A stretch of DNA of 64,000 nucleotides from Myxococcales bacterium (GCA_047601445.1 JASGJH010000001.1:2784001-2848000); one strand, 5' to 3'. Counted from the stretch's first letter, positions 49,221-58,446 are shown. Notes: generated by a model from the sequence alone, not told the origin. Translations and numbers: made by a program.

Positions 49221-51085
49221 AGCTTCAGCACCACGAAAGAGCGGTTTTGGAAGGCCACCGTCCCGGCCAGGCCGCGCTCGCGCCCACGCCGCACGATGGC
49301 GTAGTTCAAGTGGTACTTGGCCTTGAGCCTGTCGAGGCGCCGCTGATCCATCGTGTCGTACAGGGACAAGTCGCGTGCCGTCAGCTGCTGGGGACGAACA
49401 CCGACGACGTCGGCTACTCGGTCGCGCCAGGCCACGAGATCATGGGGGATGATCGGCGTCGACTTCCAGTCCACCACGATGGCGCGCTGTCCGTGGTAGC
49501 GCACGGCTTCCATGTCAGGCGGGCTCAAGAACTGGGCATCCTTGGGCGTCTTGTCGCGCATCCAATGCAGCATCTCCATCTCGGCCGCTGGATAGCCGGG
49601 CATGTTGGAGGTGAAGCGGCGCGAGCGCTGAGCCGGATCGTTCACCATCTTGGCGAACCCGAGCAGCGCGACCAGCACCGCCAAGACTGGCGCCACGCGC
49701 TGCCACTTGCCGAGCGCGCGCTCGGCCTGCTCGTGCTTGAGCAGCAGCGTCAACCCGTACATGAGCCAACACAGCGCAAAGCCTGCCGTCAGCGCCACCA
49801 ACAGCGCCACCATGCGCGCGTCCTTGCGGTCTCCGAAGAACATCAGCAGAAAGCCCAGGCCGGCCCACGCCAACCCGAGCGCCGGGTCGCCGAAGCGCCG
49901 CCGCATGCCCGCCGGGTCGCTGAAGCCCAGCACGAGCGCGTAGCAGATCAGCATCTGCCACCAGAAATCCGCAAAGGGCGCGAAGCGCCACACGAACAGC
50001 TGCGCCACCTGGCGCACGTAGGTGGCCGTGGTCAACGCGGTGCCCGTCCACAACAAGGCCGACAACCCAGCGAGCAGCGCGGCAAAGCGCGCCGTGCGCT
50101 TGCGTCCATCGCTCAACAGCCACAGCCCCGCGCCCAAGCCCAGCACCTGGAAACCGAGCATCGGCGAGAACGCGCGCTCGTAGCTGGCGGGCTCGTAGTG
50201 GTGCGGCGAGCGCATGTGGAAGTACAGCTGGTTCGCGACCTCGCCCTCGGGGGCTCCGATCGACGCGAAAATCAGCGGCGACAGCAGCAACATCGAGACA
50301 CAGGAGGGCCCGAGCTGGCGCAACAAACGTGGGAACAGCTCCCGGCGCCCAAGGAGAATGTGCGCGAAGCCGAAGACTGGGAAACCGAGCAGCAGGTAGT
50401 TGGCGTGGAACAGACCGCCCAGCGCGAGGCAGATGCCCGACGCCAAGAAGCGCCCTTCGAGCCAATAGGGTAGAGCCGCGAGCAAGCCGAGCGAACCGAC
50501 CGAGGAGGGCTGGAAGAAGCCCGCGAAGATGTAGCTCGACCCGGTGCCCTGGGTCCGCGTCTGGTAGGCGAAGCAGCTGAGCAGCAAGTAGATCGGGAGC
50601 GCGAGCCTGCGCCCAGCGAGCACGATTGCCGCGCGGTAGGTGAACAACATCCCGGCCACCATCAGCACGACGTCTGCGATGGCCACGCTGAGGCCGCTCG
50701 CGTCGAGCCACAGGAGGAGCGCCGAGAGATAGGTGTAGGCCGGGTGATAGTGCGTCGTGTGGGCGGCGAACCAGTCCTGGTTAAGGATGCCGGGCGTCAC
50801 CATGCGCAGCGCGCTCACCAGGTACACGACCTGATTGTTGATGCCGTAGTTGAGCCCGAAGCTGAAGGCGACCACACACGCCGTCGCCAGGGCCACGATC
50901 CAGCCCAAGACGTCCCAGCGGGTGAAGCGCTGGGCTTCAGCGCCATCCGAGCGCGTGACGCGTCGAGCGTCAGCGCCCTCGGCGCCGGCCCCCTCCGCTC
51001 CGCTCTCTGGCAAGCCTGTCGCCGGTTCGGCCGCCGCCGCACCCGACTCGCTGCCCGCGCTCGGGCTGGACGAGGTTTCAATCAC
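49217..51085 (-). CDS. Multi-TM membrane protein with C-terminal DUF6798-like domain (putative GT-C)
   Basis: DWF…HYH, RSPHHY and WMRDKTPKDAQFLSPP…RAIVVDWKSTP…WRDR motifs; start uncertain. Confidence 0.7.
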   Translation of the reverse strand: MIETSSSPSAGSESGAAAAEPATGLPESGAEGAGAEGADARRVTRSDGAEAQRFTRWDVLGWIVALATACVVAFSFGLNYGINNQVVYLVSALRMVTPGILNQDWFAAHTTHYHPAYTYLSALLLWLDASGLSVAIADVVLMVAGMLFTYRAAIVLAGRRLALPIYLLLSCFAYQTRTQGTGSSYIFAGFFQPSSVGSLGLLAALPYWLEGRFLASGICLALGGLFHANYLLLGFPVFGFAHILLGRRELFPRLLRQLGPSCVSMLLLSPLIFASIGAPEGEVANQLYFHMRSPHHYEPASYERAFSPMLGFQVLGLGAGLWLLSDGRKRTARFAALLAGLSALLWTGTALTTATYVRQVAQLFVWRFAPFADFWWQMLICYALVLGFSDPAGMRRRFGDPALGLAWAGLGFLLMFFGDRKDARMVALLVALTAGFALCWLMYGLTLLLKHEQAERALGKWQRVAPVLAVLVALLGFAKMVNDPAQRSRRFTSNMPGYPAAEMEMLHWMRDKTPKDAQFLSPPDMEAVRYHGQRAIVVDWKSTPIIPHDLVAWRDRVADVVGVRPQQLTARDLSLYDTMDQRRLDRLKAKYHLNYAIVRRGRERGLAGTVAFQNRSFVVLKL

Positions 51086-51177
51086 GGGGCGAGGGTGTAC
51101 CACAGGAAGTCCACCCAGGTCATGTACGGGCCCTTTGGGACATTGCGCCGGCCGCGCCTCCATAGGACGATGCGCCC

Positions 51178-52149
51178 GTGTCGCCTGCTGTCGAGCTCTC
51201 GGTCGTCCTGCCCATGCACAACGAAGAGGCCGTGGTGGACCGTGTGCTCGCCGAGGTCACCGCGTCGCTCGCCGCGACCGGACGCAGCTTCGAGGTGGTC
51301 TGCGTCGACGATGGCTCACGCGACGCAACCCTGCGTCTCTTGCGCGACTGGCAAGCGCGAGATGGCCGCGTGGTCGCCCTCCCCTTGTCGCGCAACTTCG
51401 GTAAGGAGGCCGCCCTCGCCGCGGGCCTGGCCGCTGCCCGCGGTCGGGCCGTGATCGTGATGGACGCCGACCTGCAGCACCCGGTCGAGGTGATCGCCAA
51501 GATGATCGCGCTCTGGGACGAGGGCGCCGAGGTCGTGAGCGGCGTGAAAATCGAGCGCCAGCGCGAGAGCTTTGTGTATCGAGCCTTCGCCAAGCTCTTC
51601 AACGCGCTGATGGCGGGGGCCGCGGGCGCGAGCTTTCAGGGAGCTTCGGACTTCAAATTGCTGGACCGCGAGGTGGTGGACACCCTGGTCGCCTTGCCCG
51701 AGCGCAATCGCTTCTTCCGCGGCCTCGTGAGCTGGGTCGGCTACCGCACCGCGGAGGTGCCCTTCAGCGTCGCCGAGCGCGTGGCAGGCACCAGCAAGTG
51801 GTCCCCGATCGGGCTCGTCCGCTATTCGCTGCGCAACCTGGTGGCTTTTTCGGCCCTGCCCCTACGCCTCGTGGCCGGGCTCGGCTTCGTCACCTTGTTG
51901 TTCGCCGCAGGCCTGGCGGTGCAGACCCTGTACCGCTACGTCCGCGGCGACGCCCTCAGCGGCTTCACCACGGTGATCCTCTTGCAGCTCATCCTGGGTG
52001 GCCTGCTGCTGACCAGCGTCGGCGTGATCGCGGTCTACCTGTCGGCCATCTACGAAGAGCTGAAAGGTCGTCCGCTGTTCATCGTGCGCAAGCGCGACAC
52101 CGCCACGCAGCAAGCAGACAGCCAAAGCGGCGCGGCCGGTCGGGGCTAA
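51178..52149 (+). CDS. GT2 glycosyltransferase (GtrB-like bactoprenol glycosyltransferase)
   Basis: LSRNFGKEAAL.AGL, MDADLQHP, DFKLLDR, ERNRFFRGL and IYEELKGRP motifs. Confidence 0.93.
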   Translation: MSPAVELSVVLPMHNEEAVVDRVLAEVTASLAATGRSFEVVCVDDGSRDATLRLLRDWQARDGRVVALPLSRNFGKEAALAAGLAAARGRAVIVMDADLQHPVEVIAKMIALWDEGAEVVSGVKIERQRESFVYRAFAKLFNALMAGAAGASFQGASDFKLLDREVVDTLVALPERNRFFRGLVSWVGYRTAEVPFSVAERVAGTSKWSPIGLVRYSLRNLVAFSALPLRLVAGLGFVTLLFAAGLAVQTLYRYVRGDALSGFTTVILLQLILGGLLLTSVGVIAVYLSAIYEELKGRPLFIVRKRDTATQQADSQSGAAGRG

Positions 52150-52152
52150 AGA

Positions 52153-52455
52153 CTAGTTGGCGCTCGGCTCGTCCAGCCAGGCGCGGGTCACCTGCTCTGC
52201 CAGGTTGCTGCGCAGCTCGCGGGGGACCTGACGCAACATCTCCAGGGCCACGAGCCGTGGCTCCACGTCCTCGAACACCAGGGCCTGCGCGATGTTGTTG
52301 GCCCGTTCCAGGGCACAGGAGGCACCGAGGTGGGGTTCGAGCACGTCTCGGACGCGCTCACGACCTCGGATCAGGACAGCATAGGTGCGCTCACTGCGTT
52401 CGCGGCGGGCGCTTTCCTCGGGGGGGCTTTCCAGTCTCTGGACCTGGGAGGGCAT
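52153..52455 (-). CDS. Small hypothetical protein (100 aa)
   Basis: ATG at 52455 preceded by a GGAG RBS; loose resemblance to a degenerate receiver domain. Confidence 0.55.
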   Translation of the reverse strand: MPSQVQRLESPPEESARRERSERTYAVLIRGRERVRDVLEPHLGASCALERANNIAQALVFEDVEPRLVALEMLRQVPRELRSNLAEQVTRAWLDEPSAN

Positions 52456-52533
52456 GGCCAACTCCTTTTTTGACCCGCGGAAGCTACAGCGGTGAGGGAC
52501 GGGGACCAAGCTTTTTCAATGTAAATTCCGTCC

Positions 52534-52628
52534 TGTGGAAAGGCTGTGAAAAGCGTGTGGATGACCCTGTCTGGGGCTGTGAATTTGCGTGTGAGTAGCG
52601 TGGATAAGTGGCCTCGGACGGTGGACAA
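52534..52628. promoter_or_regulatory. Cluster of co-oriented DnaA-box-like 9-mers
   Basis: TGTGGAAAG 52534, TGTGAAAAG 52545, TGTGGATGA 52556, TGTGAATTT 52578, CGTGGATAA 52599 and GGTGGACAA 52620, against consensus TGTGGATAA. Confidence 0.6.
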
Positions 52629-52665
52629 CAATCAGCAGCCTTGACCGTGGACGGCCGTGGCGTTC

Positions 52666-52688
52666 AAATGAGAATGAGATTCTGATTT
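52666..52688. promoter_or_regulatory. Palindromic operator, probably for the adjacent TetR
   Basis: AAATGAGAAT-GAG-ATTCTGATTT (9/10 inverted repeat) 4 nt before the TetR ATG. Confidence 0.65.
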
Positions 52689-52692
52689 TCGT

Positions 52693-53373
52693 ATGACCCC
52701 GCGCCAAACCCACGTCCACCCCCTGCGCTCCGTGGCGCGCCCCAAGCAGGCGCGCAGCGAGGAGAGCCTGCGCCGTCTGCTCGACGCAGCCGAGTCGCTG
52801 CTCGAGGAGAAGCGCTTCGGGGAGATCTCGGTCTCCGACATCGCCAAGCGCGCGCGCTCCTCGGTGGGCGGCTTCTACGCGCGCTTCCGCGACAAGGACG
52901 AGCTCCTGCTGGCCCTCCACGAGCGCTTCGTGGCGCAGCTCGAGGCCCGCCTCGGCCAGCTCGAGGGCAGCCTCGCGGGGCCCCACAAGCCCGCGCCCGT
53001 CCGCGAGCTCGCGCTCCTGTTGCGGCCGGCCATCCAGCTCTTGATCGAGACCTATCGCGCCCACCACGGCGCGCTCACGGCCTTCGCCTCGCGCGCCTCC
53101 GAGAACCGACGCCTGTGGAAGGCGGGCACCACCTTCCGCAGTCAGGTCATCGCGCGCTTCACGGGCCTGATGCTGCTCTCGCGCCACGAGTTCAGCCATC
53201 CCGATCCAGAGCTGGCCGCCGAACTCTCGGTGCAGCTCGCGCTCGGCTTCATGGAGCAAACCCTGCTGAACGGCGCCGTCCACGCGGGCGGCGAGCCGGT
53301 GCCCGACGGGCGCCTGCAGGAGGAGCTCGAGCGCATCTTGGTGAGCTACCTGGGCGTCCCGCAGGGCCCCTGA
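52693..53373 (+). CDS. TetR/AcrR family regulator
   Basis: PKQARSEESLRRLLDAA…ISVSDIAKRARSSVGGFYARFRDKDELL. Confidence 0.92.
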   Translation: MTPRQTHVHPLRSVARPKQARSEESLRRLLDAAESLLEEKRFGEISVSDIAKRARSSVGGFYARFRDKDELLLALHERFVAQLEARLGQLEGSLAGPHKPAPVRELALLLRPAIQLLIETYRAHHGALTAFASRASENRRLWKAGTTFRSQVIARFTGLMLLSRHEFSHPDPELAAELSVQLALGFMEQTLLNGAVHAGGEPVPDGRLQEELERILVSYLGVPQGP

Positions 53374-53394
53374 ATCCGAGGAAGGAGCACGTAG

Positions 53395-54477
53395 ATGGAT
53401 TACGTCCAAAAGAACCCGCTTCCGATCCCGGCCTCCGGGCCACGCCAGGCCATCCCCTCGGAATCGACCACGCTGTTCGACTGGGAGTACGCGCTCAAGG
53501 ACAAGCGACTGCTGTCCCTCTACGAGAAGGGCAAGAGCCACGCCTGGAACGCCAGCGAGCTCGACTGGTCGGTGGACGTGGACCTCGATCGCATGAGCAT
53601 CGAGACCAACGTGCGCGACTTCTTCAACTACGCGATGAAGGTGCCCAAGACGCTCTCGCAGGAAGAAGCTCTACTGTTCCGGCGTCACGCAGACGCCTTC
53701 ACGCTCTCGCAGTTCTTGCACGGCGAACAGGGCGCGCTCGCCGCAGCCGCCAAGATCGTGCAGACGGTGCCCTGGAGCGAGGCCAAGTGGTACGCCGCCA
53801 ACCAGGCCGCCGACGAGGCGCGCCACGTGGAGGTCTATCACCGCTATCTCACCGAGAAGATCGGGCTCTCCTACGAGGTGCACCCGAGCTTGATGGAGCT
53901 TTTGAAGAACATCGTCGAGGACTCGCGCTGGGACGTCACCTACCTCGGCATGCAGATCATGGTGGAAGGGCTGGCGCTGGCCGCCTTCGGCATGATGAAG
54001 CTCTCGATGCCCAGCGAGCCGCTGCTGCAGAGCATCACCGCGCGCATCATGGCCGACGAGTCGCGCCACGTGGCCTTCGGCGTGCTCTCGCTCGAGCGCC
54101 TCTACACCGAGGAGCTGATGAGCCACGAGCTCAAGGAGCGCGAAGAGTTCGTCATCGAGGCCACCAGCCTGATGCACGATCGACTACTGCAGACGCCGGT
54201 GTTCGAGCGACTGGGCTTCGACGTGAAGGTCTGGAACGAGTGGGCCGCCCACAGCGAGATGCAGCAGGGCTTCCGTCAGCTCACGTTCTCCAAGATCGTG
54301 CCCAACCTGAAGCGTCTGGGCCTGCTCACACCGCGCGTGCGCGCGCACATGGAGACGCTGGGGCTGCTCAAGTTCGAACACGAGAAGGACTCGGTGGAAG
54401 ACCCCGAAGTGCGCCCCTCGCCCGAGCTCTTGAATCTGATGATGAGCGGCTTGGCCGCGCGCGCCAACGGCGGCTAG
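53395..54477 (+). CDS. Ferritin-like diiron protein (AurF-like oxygenase family)
   Basis: QFLHGEQGAL, DEARH, MVEGLAL and DESRH diiron ligand motifs. Confidence 0.88.
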   Translation: MDYVQKNPLPIPASGPRQAIPSESTTLFDWEYALKDKRLLSLYEKGKSHAWNASELDWSVDVDLDRMSIETNVRDFFNYAMKVPKTLSQEEALLFRRHADAFTLSQFLHGEQGALAAAAKIVQTVPWSEAKWYAANQAADEARHVEVYHRYLTEKIGLSYEVHPSLMELLKNIVEDSRWDVTYLGMQIMVEGLALAAFGMMKLSMPSEPLLQSITARIMADESRHVAFGVLSLERLYTEELMSHELKEREEFVIEATSLMHDRLLQTPVFERLGFDVKVWNEWAAHSEMQQGFRQLTFSKIVPNLKRLGLLTPRVRAHMETLGLLKFEHEKDSVEDPEVRPSPELLNLMMSGLAARANGG

Positions 54478-54638
54478 CGGATCTCAGCGAGCCGGTAGCG
54501 TTACGGCCATTCTGGAGAGATTTCAGCGTCGTAACCGTCCGCGTGGTGGCGGCGACCAGTGTCCCAGGAGCGCAGGCCGGTCTCGGGACCGCGAGTGCTT
54601 TGGAAAAAGCCCTCACCCAGTGCTAGCGTGAACCCCTC

Positions 54639-55676
54639 ATGAGCGGTTTTCGTGTCTTTACGCTCGCGAACGTGCCGGTGTGGGTGAGCCCCTGGCATCT
54701 CGTGGTCTTGGGGTTCTTGTCCTGGGGCCCCGATATCCGCGCGGGCATGCTCTACGCGCTGTGCATCGCGCTCAGCATCCTCGTTCACGAGTTCGGTCAC
54801 GCCCTGGTGGCCAAGCTCTTCCGGCTCAATCCCCAGATCCTGCTCACGGGGTTCGGGGGTCTGACGGGCCACGAACGCGCCCAGCGCGACCGCGACGACG
54901 CCCTGATCATTGCCGCGGGCCCGCTGGCGGGCCTGTTGTTCGGCCTGTTGGCCCTGGTCGCCCGGCGCTTTCTGCCCATGCCCGCGCCGCTGTACGAGAT
55001 CACGCAGAACCTCGTGTACATGAACTTCGTGTGGTCCTTCTTCAACCTGCTGCCGCTCTGGCCCCTCGATGGCGGCCAGCTGCTCCGGCTCGGCATGTTG
55101 AAGCTCGCCAAGCCAGCGCGTGCCGAGCGCATCGTGCACATCACGGCGCTGGTCGTGCTGGTGGGGCTCATCTACTTCTACGGCACCGGCGGCATGTGGT
55201 TCATGATGATCGCCGTCACGCTCGGCATGCAGAACATCAACGCGCTGCAGAACGGCGGCAGCGGCGCCCCCGTGCGCACCGTGAACAGGCACGCGGTGGA
55301 GCTCTTCCGCAACGCGGTCCTGGCCTACGAGCGCGGCGACGATCGCGAGGCCGCGCGCCTGTGTCACCAGCTACGCGCCGAGGGCAATGTTCCCGGCGAG
55401 ATCATGAAGCGCACCTGGGCGCTGCTCGGCATCGCCACCACCCGCAAGGGGGATTTCGAGGAAGCGCTGTCCTATCTCCGGCGTGCGCCTGACTCGCCCG
55501 AGGTGGTGGAGGCCACAGCGCAGTGTTTCTATCAGCTCGAGATGTTCGAGGCGTTGGAGGCGCTGGTGCAGACGAAGGCCTTCGAACGCCTGCCGTCCGA
55601 CACCCGTGAGGCCATCATCAAGGCCTTGGTCGACGGCACTGCGGCCTGCCGCAACTGCAGCACGACCACCGGCTGA
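54639..55676 (+). CDS. Site-2 protease (M50) with C-terminal TPR-like region
   Basis: HEFGH, AAGP and NLLPLWPLDGG motifs. Confidence 0.92.
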   Translation: MSGFRVFTLANVPVWVSPWHLVVLGFLSWGPDIRAGMLYALCIALSILVHEFGHALVAKLFRLNPQILLTGFGGLTGHERAQRDRDDALIIAAGPLAGLLFGLLALVARRFLPMPAPLYEITQNLVYMNFVWSFFNLLPLWPLDGGQLLRLGMLKLAKPARAERIVHITALVVLVGLIYFYGTGGMWFMMIAVTLGMQNINALQNGGSGAPVRTVNRHAVELFRNAVLAYERGDDREAARLCHQLRAEGNVPGEIMKRTWALLGIATTRKGDFEEALSYLRRAPDSPEVVEATAQCFYQLEMFEALEALVQTKAFERLPSDTREAIIKALVDGTAACRNCSTTTG

Positions 55677-55701
55677 AGCGCGGAGTTCGTCGGTCACGGC
55701 A

Positions 55702-55836
55702 CGTTGACCTGGACTTGGTCGGCGACGTCAACTTTGACTGCGACGGTGTGCGTGAGCGGAGAACGGCTGTCGAGCGCGGTGGCGCTCACGCACACCGTCG
55801 CCGTTCAGGACGACCAAGAGCACGATCAAGACCACG
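55702..55836. repeat. Dispersed inverted-repeat element, copy 2 (between convergent genes)
   Basis: 55702-55758 closely matches the reverse complement of 43722-43784; second arm CGCTCACGCACACCGTCGCCGTTCAGG from 55783. Confidence 0.8.
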
Positions 55837-55868
55837 CTCAGCTCTGCGGCTCCGGAGAGCCGCTCGCT

Positions 55869-56963
55869 TCAGCCCACCTTGCGAACGTCGGGCAGCGTGA
55901 ACTCGCCGCTCTCCGTGAGCGGACGTTCGGCCTGGGCGAGATCCACGCGACCGCGCAGCCACTCGCCGATCACCGGCCACACTTGCTCCGGCGCCTTGCG
56001 ACCCACCAGCAGGTCCGCGTGCCCGGCATCGACCTTCACGTAGCTCTTGTCCTTGGCGCGGCTGCGCTCGATGAGCGGCTTCACCGAGCCCGGGTTGGCG
56101 AGATTGTCCGAGCTGCCGCAGATGGCGAGCAGGGGCAGCGCGCTGTCCTCGATGAGGCGCGTGTAGCTCTGGCCGTCGAGGCGCGAACACAGCTCGCCGG
56201 TGGCGGCCAGCTTGAAGAGCTCGTCCACCGTGCCGAAGGAAGCGCCGTCGAAGGAGCGCAGGTAGTTCTTGAGCTCGTCGCCCGCGAAGCTGCCGGGCTT
56301 CCAAGCGCGCACCGGGATGGGCGCCAGCTCGGAATCCCAGGCGTGACGCACTGCGTGCACGGTGCGGCCGATGAGGTCCACCGGCAGGCGGAACTGCGAC
56401 TCCTTGAACAGGCCGGTCCAGCCCACGGCGCCGTTGGCGATCTTCAGCGCGTTGCCGAGCACGAAGTTGCCGCGCCCGAGCGCGTGGGGCGGGCCCATGG
56501 TGATGACGCCCGCGACCTTCTGGGGCTCGCGCGCTGCGGCGGCGGCCACGCAGATGCCTCCCAGGGAGTGGCCCATCAGGAAGGCCTTGGGAAAGCCGCT
56601 CACGGCCAGCACGTGATCCAGCACGGCCGGAAGATCACCGCGAATGTAGTCGTCCACACCGCGGCTGCGCTCGGAACCCATCTCGGCCGAGCGACCGTGG
56701 CCGCGCAAGTCCACGTTGAACACGTCGAAGCCCGCGTCTGCGAGGTAGTTCACCAGGCTGCGCTCGGGGAGGTGCCAGGCGTAGTGATTCTGGCCGAAGC
56801 CATGGACCAGGATGATGGGGGCGACGGTGGGGCCGTCGACGCGGCGCTTGCGCACCACGGCCACCGGCTGAGGGCCTTCGATGCGGAGGATTTCCTTGCT
56901 GAACCAACGAATGCGCCCGGGCGTAATACGCTGTGCGACGCGATCCTTAGACAACAAAGTCAT
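55869..56963 (-). CDS. Alpha/beta hydrolase (lipase/PhaC-like)
   Basis: LVHGFGQN, DLRGHGRS, GHSLGG nucleophile, D in SSDNL and H in GHADL. Confidence 0.88.
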   Translation of the reverse strand: MTLLSKDRVAQRITPGRIRWFSKEILRIEGPQPVAVVRKRRVDGPTVAPIILVHGFGQNHYAWHLPERSLVNYLADAGFDVFNVDLRGHGRSAEMGSERSRGVDDYIRGDLPAVLDHVLAVSGFPKAFLMGHSLGGICVAAAAAREPQKVAGVITMGPPHALGRGNFVLGNALKIANGAVGWTGLFKESQFRLPVDLIGRTVHAVRHAWDSELAPIPVRAWKPGSFAGDELKNYLRSFDGASFGTVDELFKLAATGELCSRLDGQSYTRLIEDSALPLLAICGSSDNLANPGSVKPLIERSRAKDKSYVKVDAGHADLLVGRKAPEQVWPVIGEWLRGRVDLAQAERPLTESGEFTLPDVRKVG

Positions 56964-57184
56964 GGGCAATACTCCACCGTCACCGCGGCGCCTTCTGGCT
57001 TGAAGGCCCGGGTGCTCGACGACTGCAGAGTCACCGGGGGGGTGCCTCTGCGGAACTGAACCTCGGATAAGAAAGTGGGGGTAAGAGGCGGGACTTATCT
57101 CGAGAAGTTCAAGGGCTAAGGAAACAAGCTACGTTGTCCCACAACGCTAACCGGGTTTTCGCACGCGTTTCAAGACCCTGTTTT

Positions 57185-57307
57185 GGTGGTCCTGGCGAGC
57201 CGCCGGTGTGGGGGCGCGAGCAGCATTTAGCGGGCGGCCAACGGTCTCCGCGCCTGTTGCGTGCCCCACGTTTCCATGCGACATGACCGACCCAACCGGG
57301 GACCACC
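57185..57307 (+). ncRNA. Candidate structured RNA / cis-regulatory leader upstream of dapA
   Basis: Nested stems with several G-U pairs that work only on the + strand; no recognised Rfam motif. Confidence 0.35.
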
Positions 57308-57361
57308 GAGGCCTCGCAAACGGGCGGGCTACGGCGGCCGGTTTTTGGCTCGGGAGAGAGC

Positions 57362-58234
57362 ATGTTCGAGGGAACCCACACAGCCTTGATCACGCCGTTC
57401 AAGAACGGCGAAGTCGACTACCCTGCACTCAGCAAGATCATCGACAAGCAGATCGAGGCCGGCGTCGACGGCCTCGTCCCCTGCGGCAGCACCGGTGAGT
57501 CGGCCACCCTGAGCCACGAAGAGCACGAACGCGTCATCGCGCACGTGATCGAGCGAGCCAAGGGACGCGTGAAGGTGATCGCGGGCACGGGTTCCAACAG
57601 CACGCGCGAGAGCATTCGCCTCACCAAGTTCGCCAAGGAGCACGGGGCCGACGGCTCCCTCTTGATCGCTCCTTACTACAACAAGCCCACGCAAGAGGGC
57701 CTCTACGCCCACTACGCCGCCATCGCCGAAGCGGTGGATCTGCCGCAGCTCGTCTACAACATCCCCGGGCGTTCGGCGGTGAACATCCTGCCGGAGACCC
57801 TGGCGCGGCTGGCGCAGGTGGCGCGCATCGTGGGCGTCAAGGAAGCCTGTGGCTCGCTCGAGCAAATCTCGCGCGTGGTCGAGGTATGCGGGCCCAAGTT
57901 CACCGTGTTGTCCGGCGACGACCCGCTCACCCTCCCCATCATGGCCGTGGGTGGACGTGGGACCATCAGCGTCATCCCCAACATCATGCCGCGCGATATG
58001 GTGCGTCTGGTCAAGGCCGCCGCCGCCAACGACTTCGAGAACGCCCGCCGCGAGCACTACAAGCTGATGCCCGTGATGCGCACGCTGTTCCTCGAGACCA
58101 ACCCCATCGGCATCAAGGCCGCCTGCGCCATGCTCGGCCTCTGCGACGACGAGCTGCGCCTCCCGCTCACCCCGTACACCGCGGGCAGCCGAGAGAAGCT
58201 CAAGCACGCGCTCGAAGCCGCCGGCGCACTCTGA
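57362..58234 (+). CDS. dapA: 4-hydroxy-tetrahydrodipicolinate synthase
   Basis: TALITPF, GSTGESATL, PYYNKP, YNIPGR, GVKEA, SGDD and ETNPIGIK motifs. Confidence 0.96.
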   Translation: MFEGTHTALITPFKNGEVDYPALSKIIDKQIEAGVDGLVPCGSTGESATLSHEEHERVIAHVIERAKGRVKVIAGTGSNSTRESIRLTKFAKEHGADGSLLIAPYYNKPTQEGLYAHYAAIAEAVDLPQLVYNIPGRSAVNILPETLARLAQVARIVGVKEACGSLEQISRVVEVCGPKFTVLSGDDPLTLPIMAVGGRGTISVIPNIMPRDMVRLVKAAAANDFENARREHYKLMPVMRTLFLETNPIGIKAACAMLGLCDDELRLPLTPYTAGSREKLKHALEAAGAL

Positions 58235-58446
58235 CTCACTCCCCAAAGGGCGAAGTGCGAGTCTGAACTACGTCGGCACCCTTGTACTTTGGAGGCACGC
58301 GCGACACGCGCGCGTGCCCTCCGCGCACTGACAGCAGGATCTCGCGATAAAACACGCGATTTCCGCTAGAATCGTGGAGCCTGCTCTCCGCCCAAGAAGA
58401 TCTCCCTCGCGCCGCTGAGCCCGCCGCCAACGCGCTCTCGCCCAGT

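Noticed and set aside
57080..57360. Canonical lysine riboswitch upstream of dapA
   Set aside because: Apart from an isolated AGAGGCG, the conserved core motifs and five-way architecture were not found.
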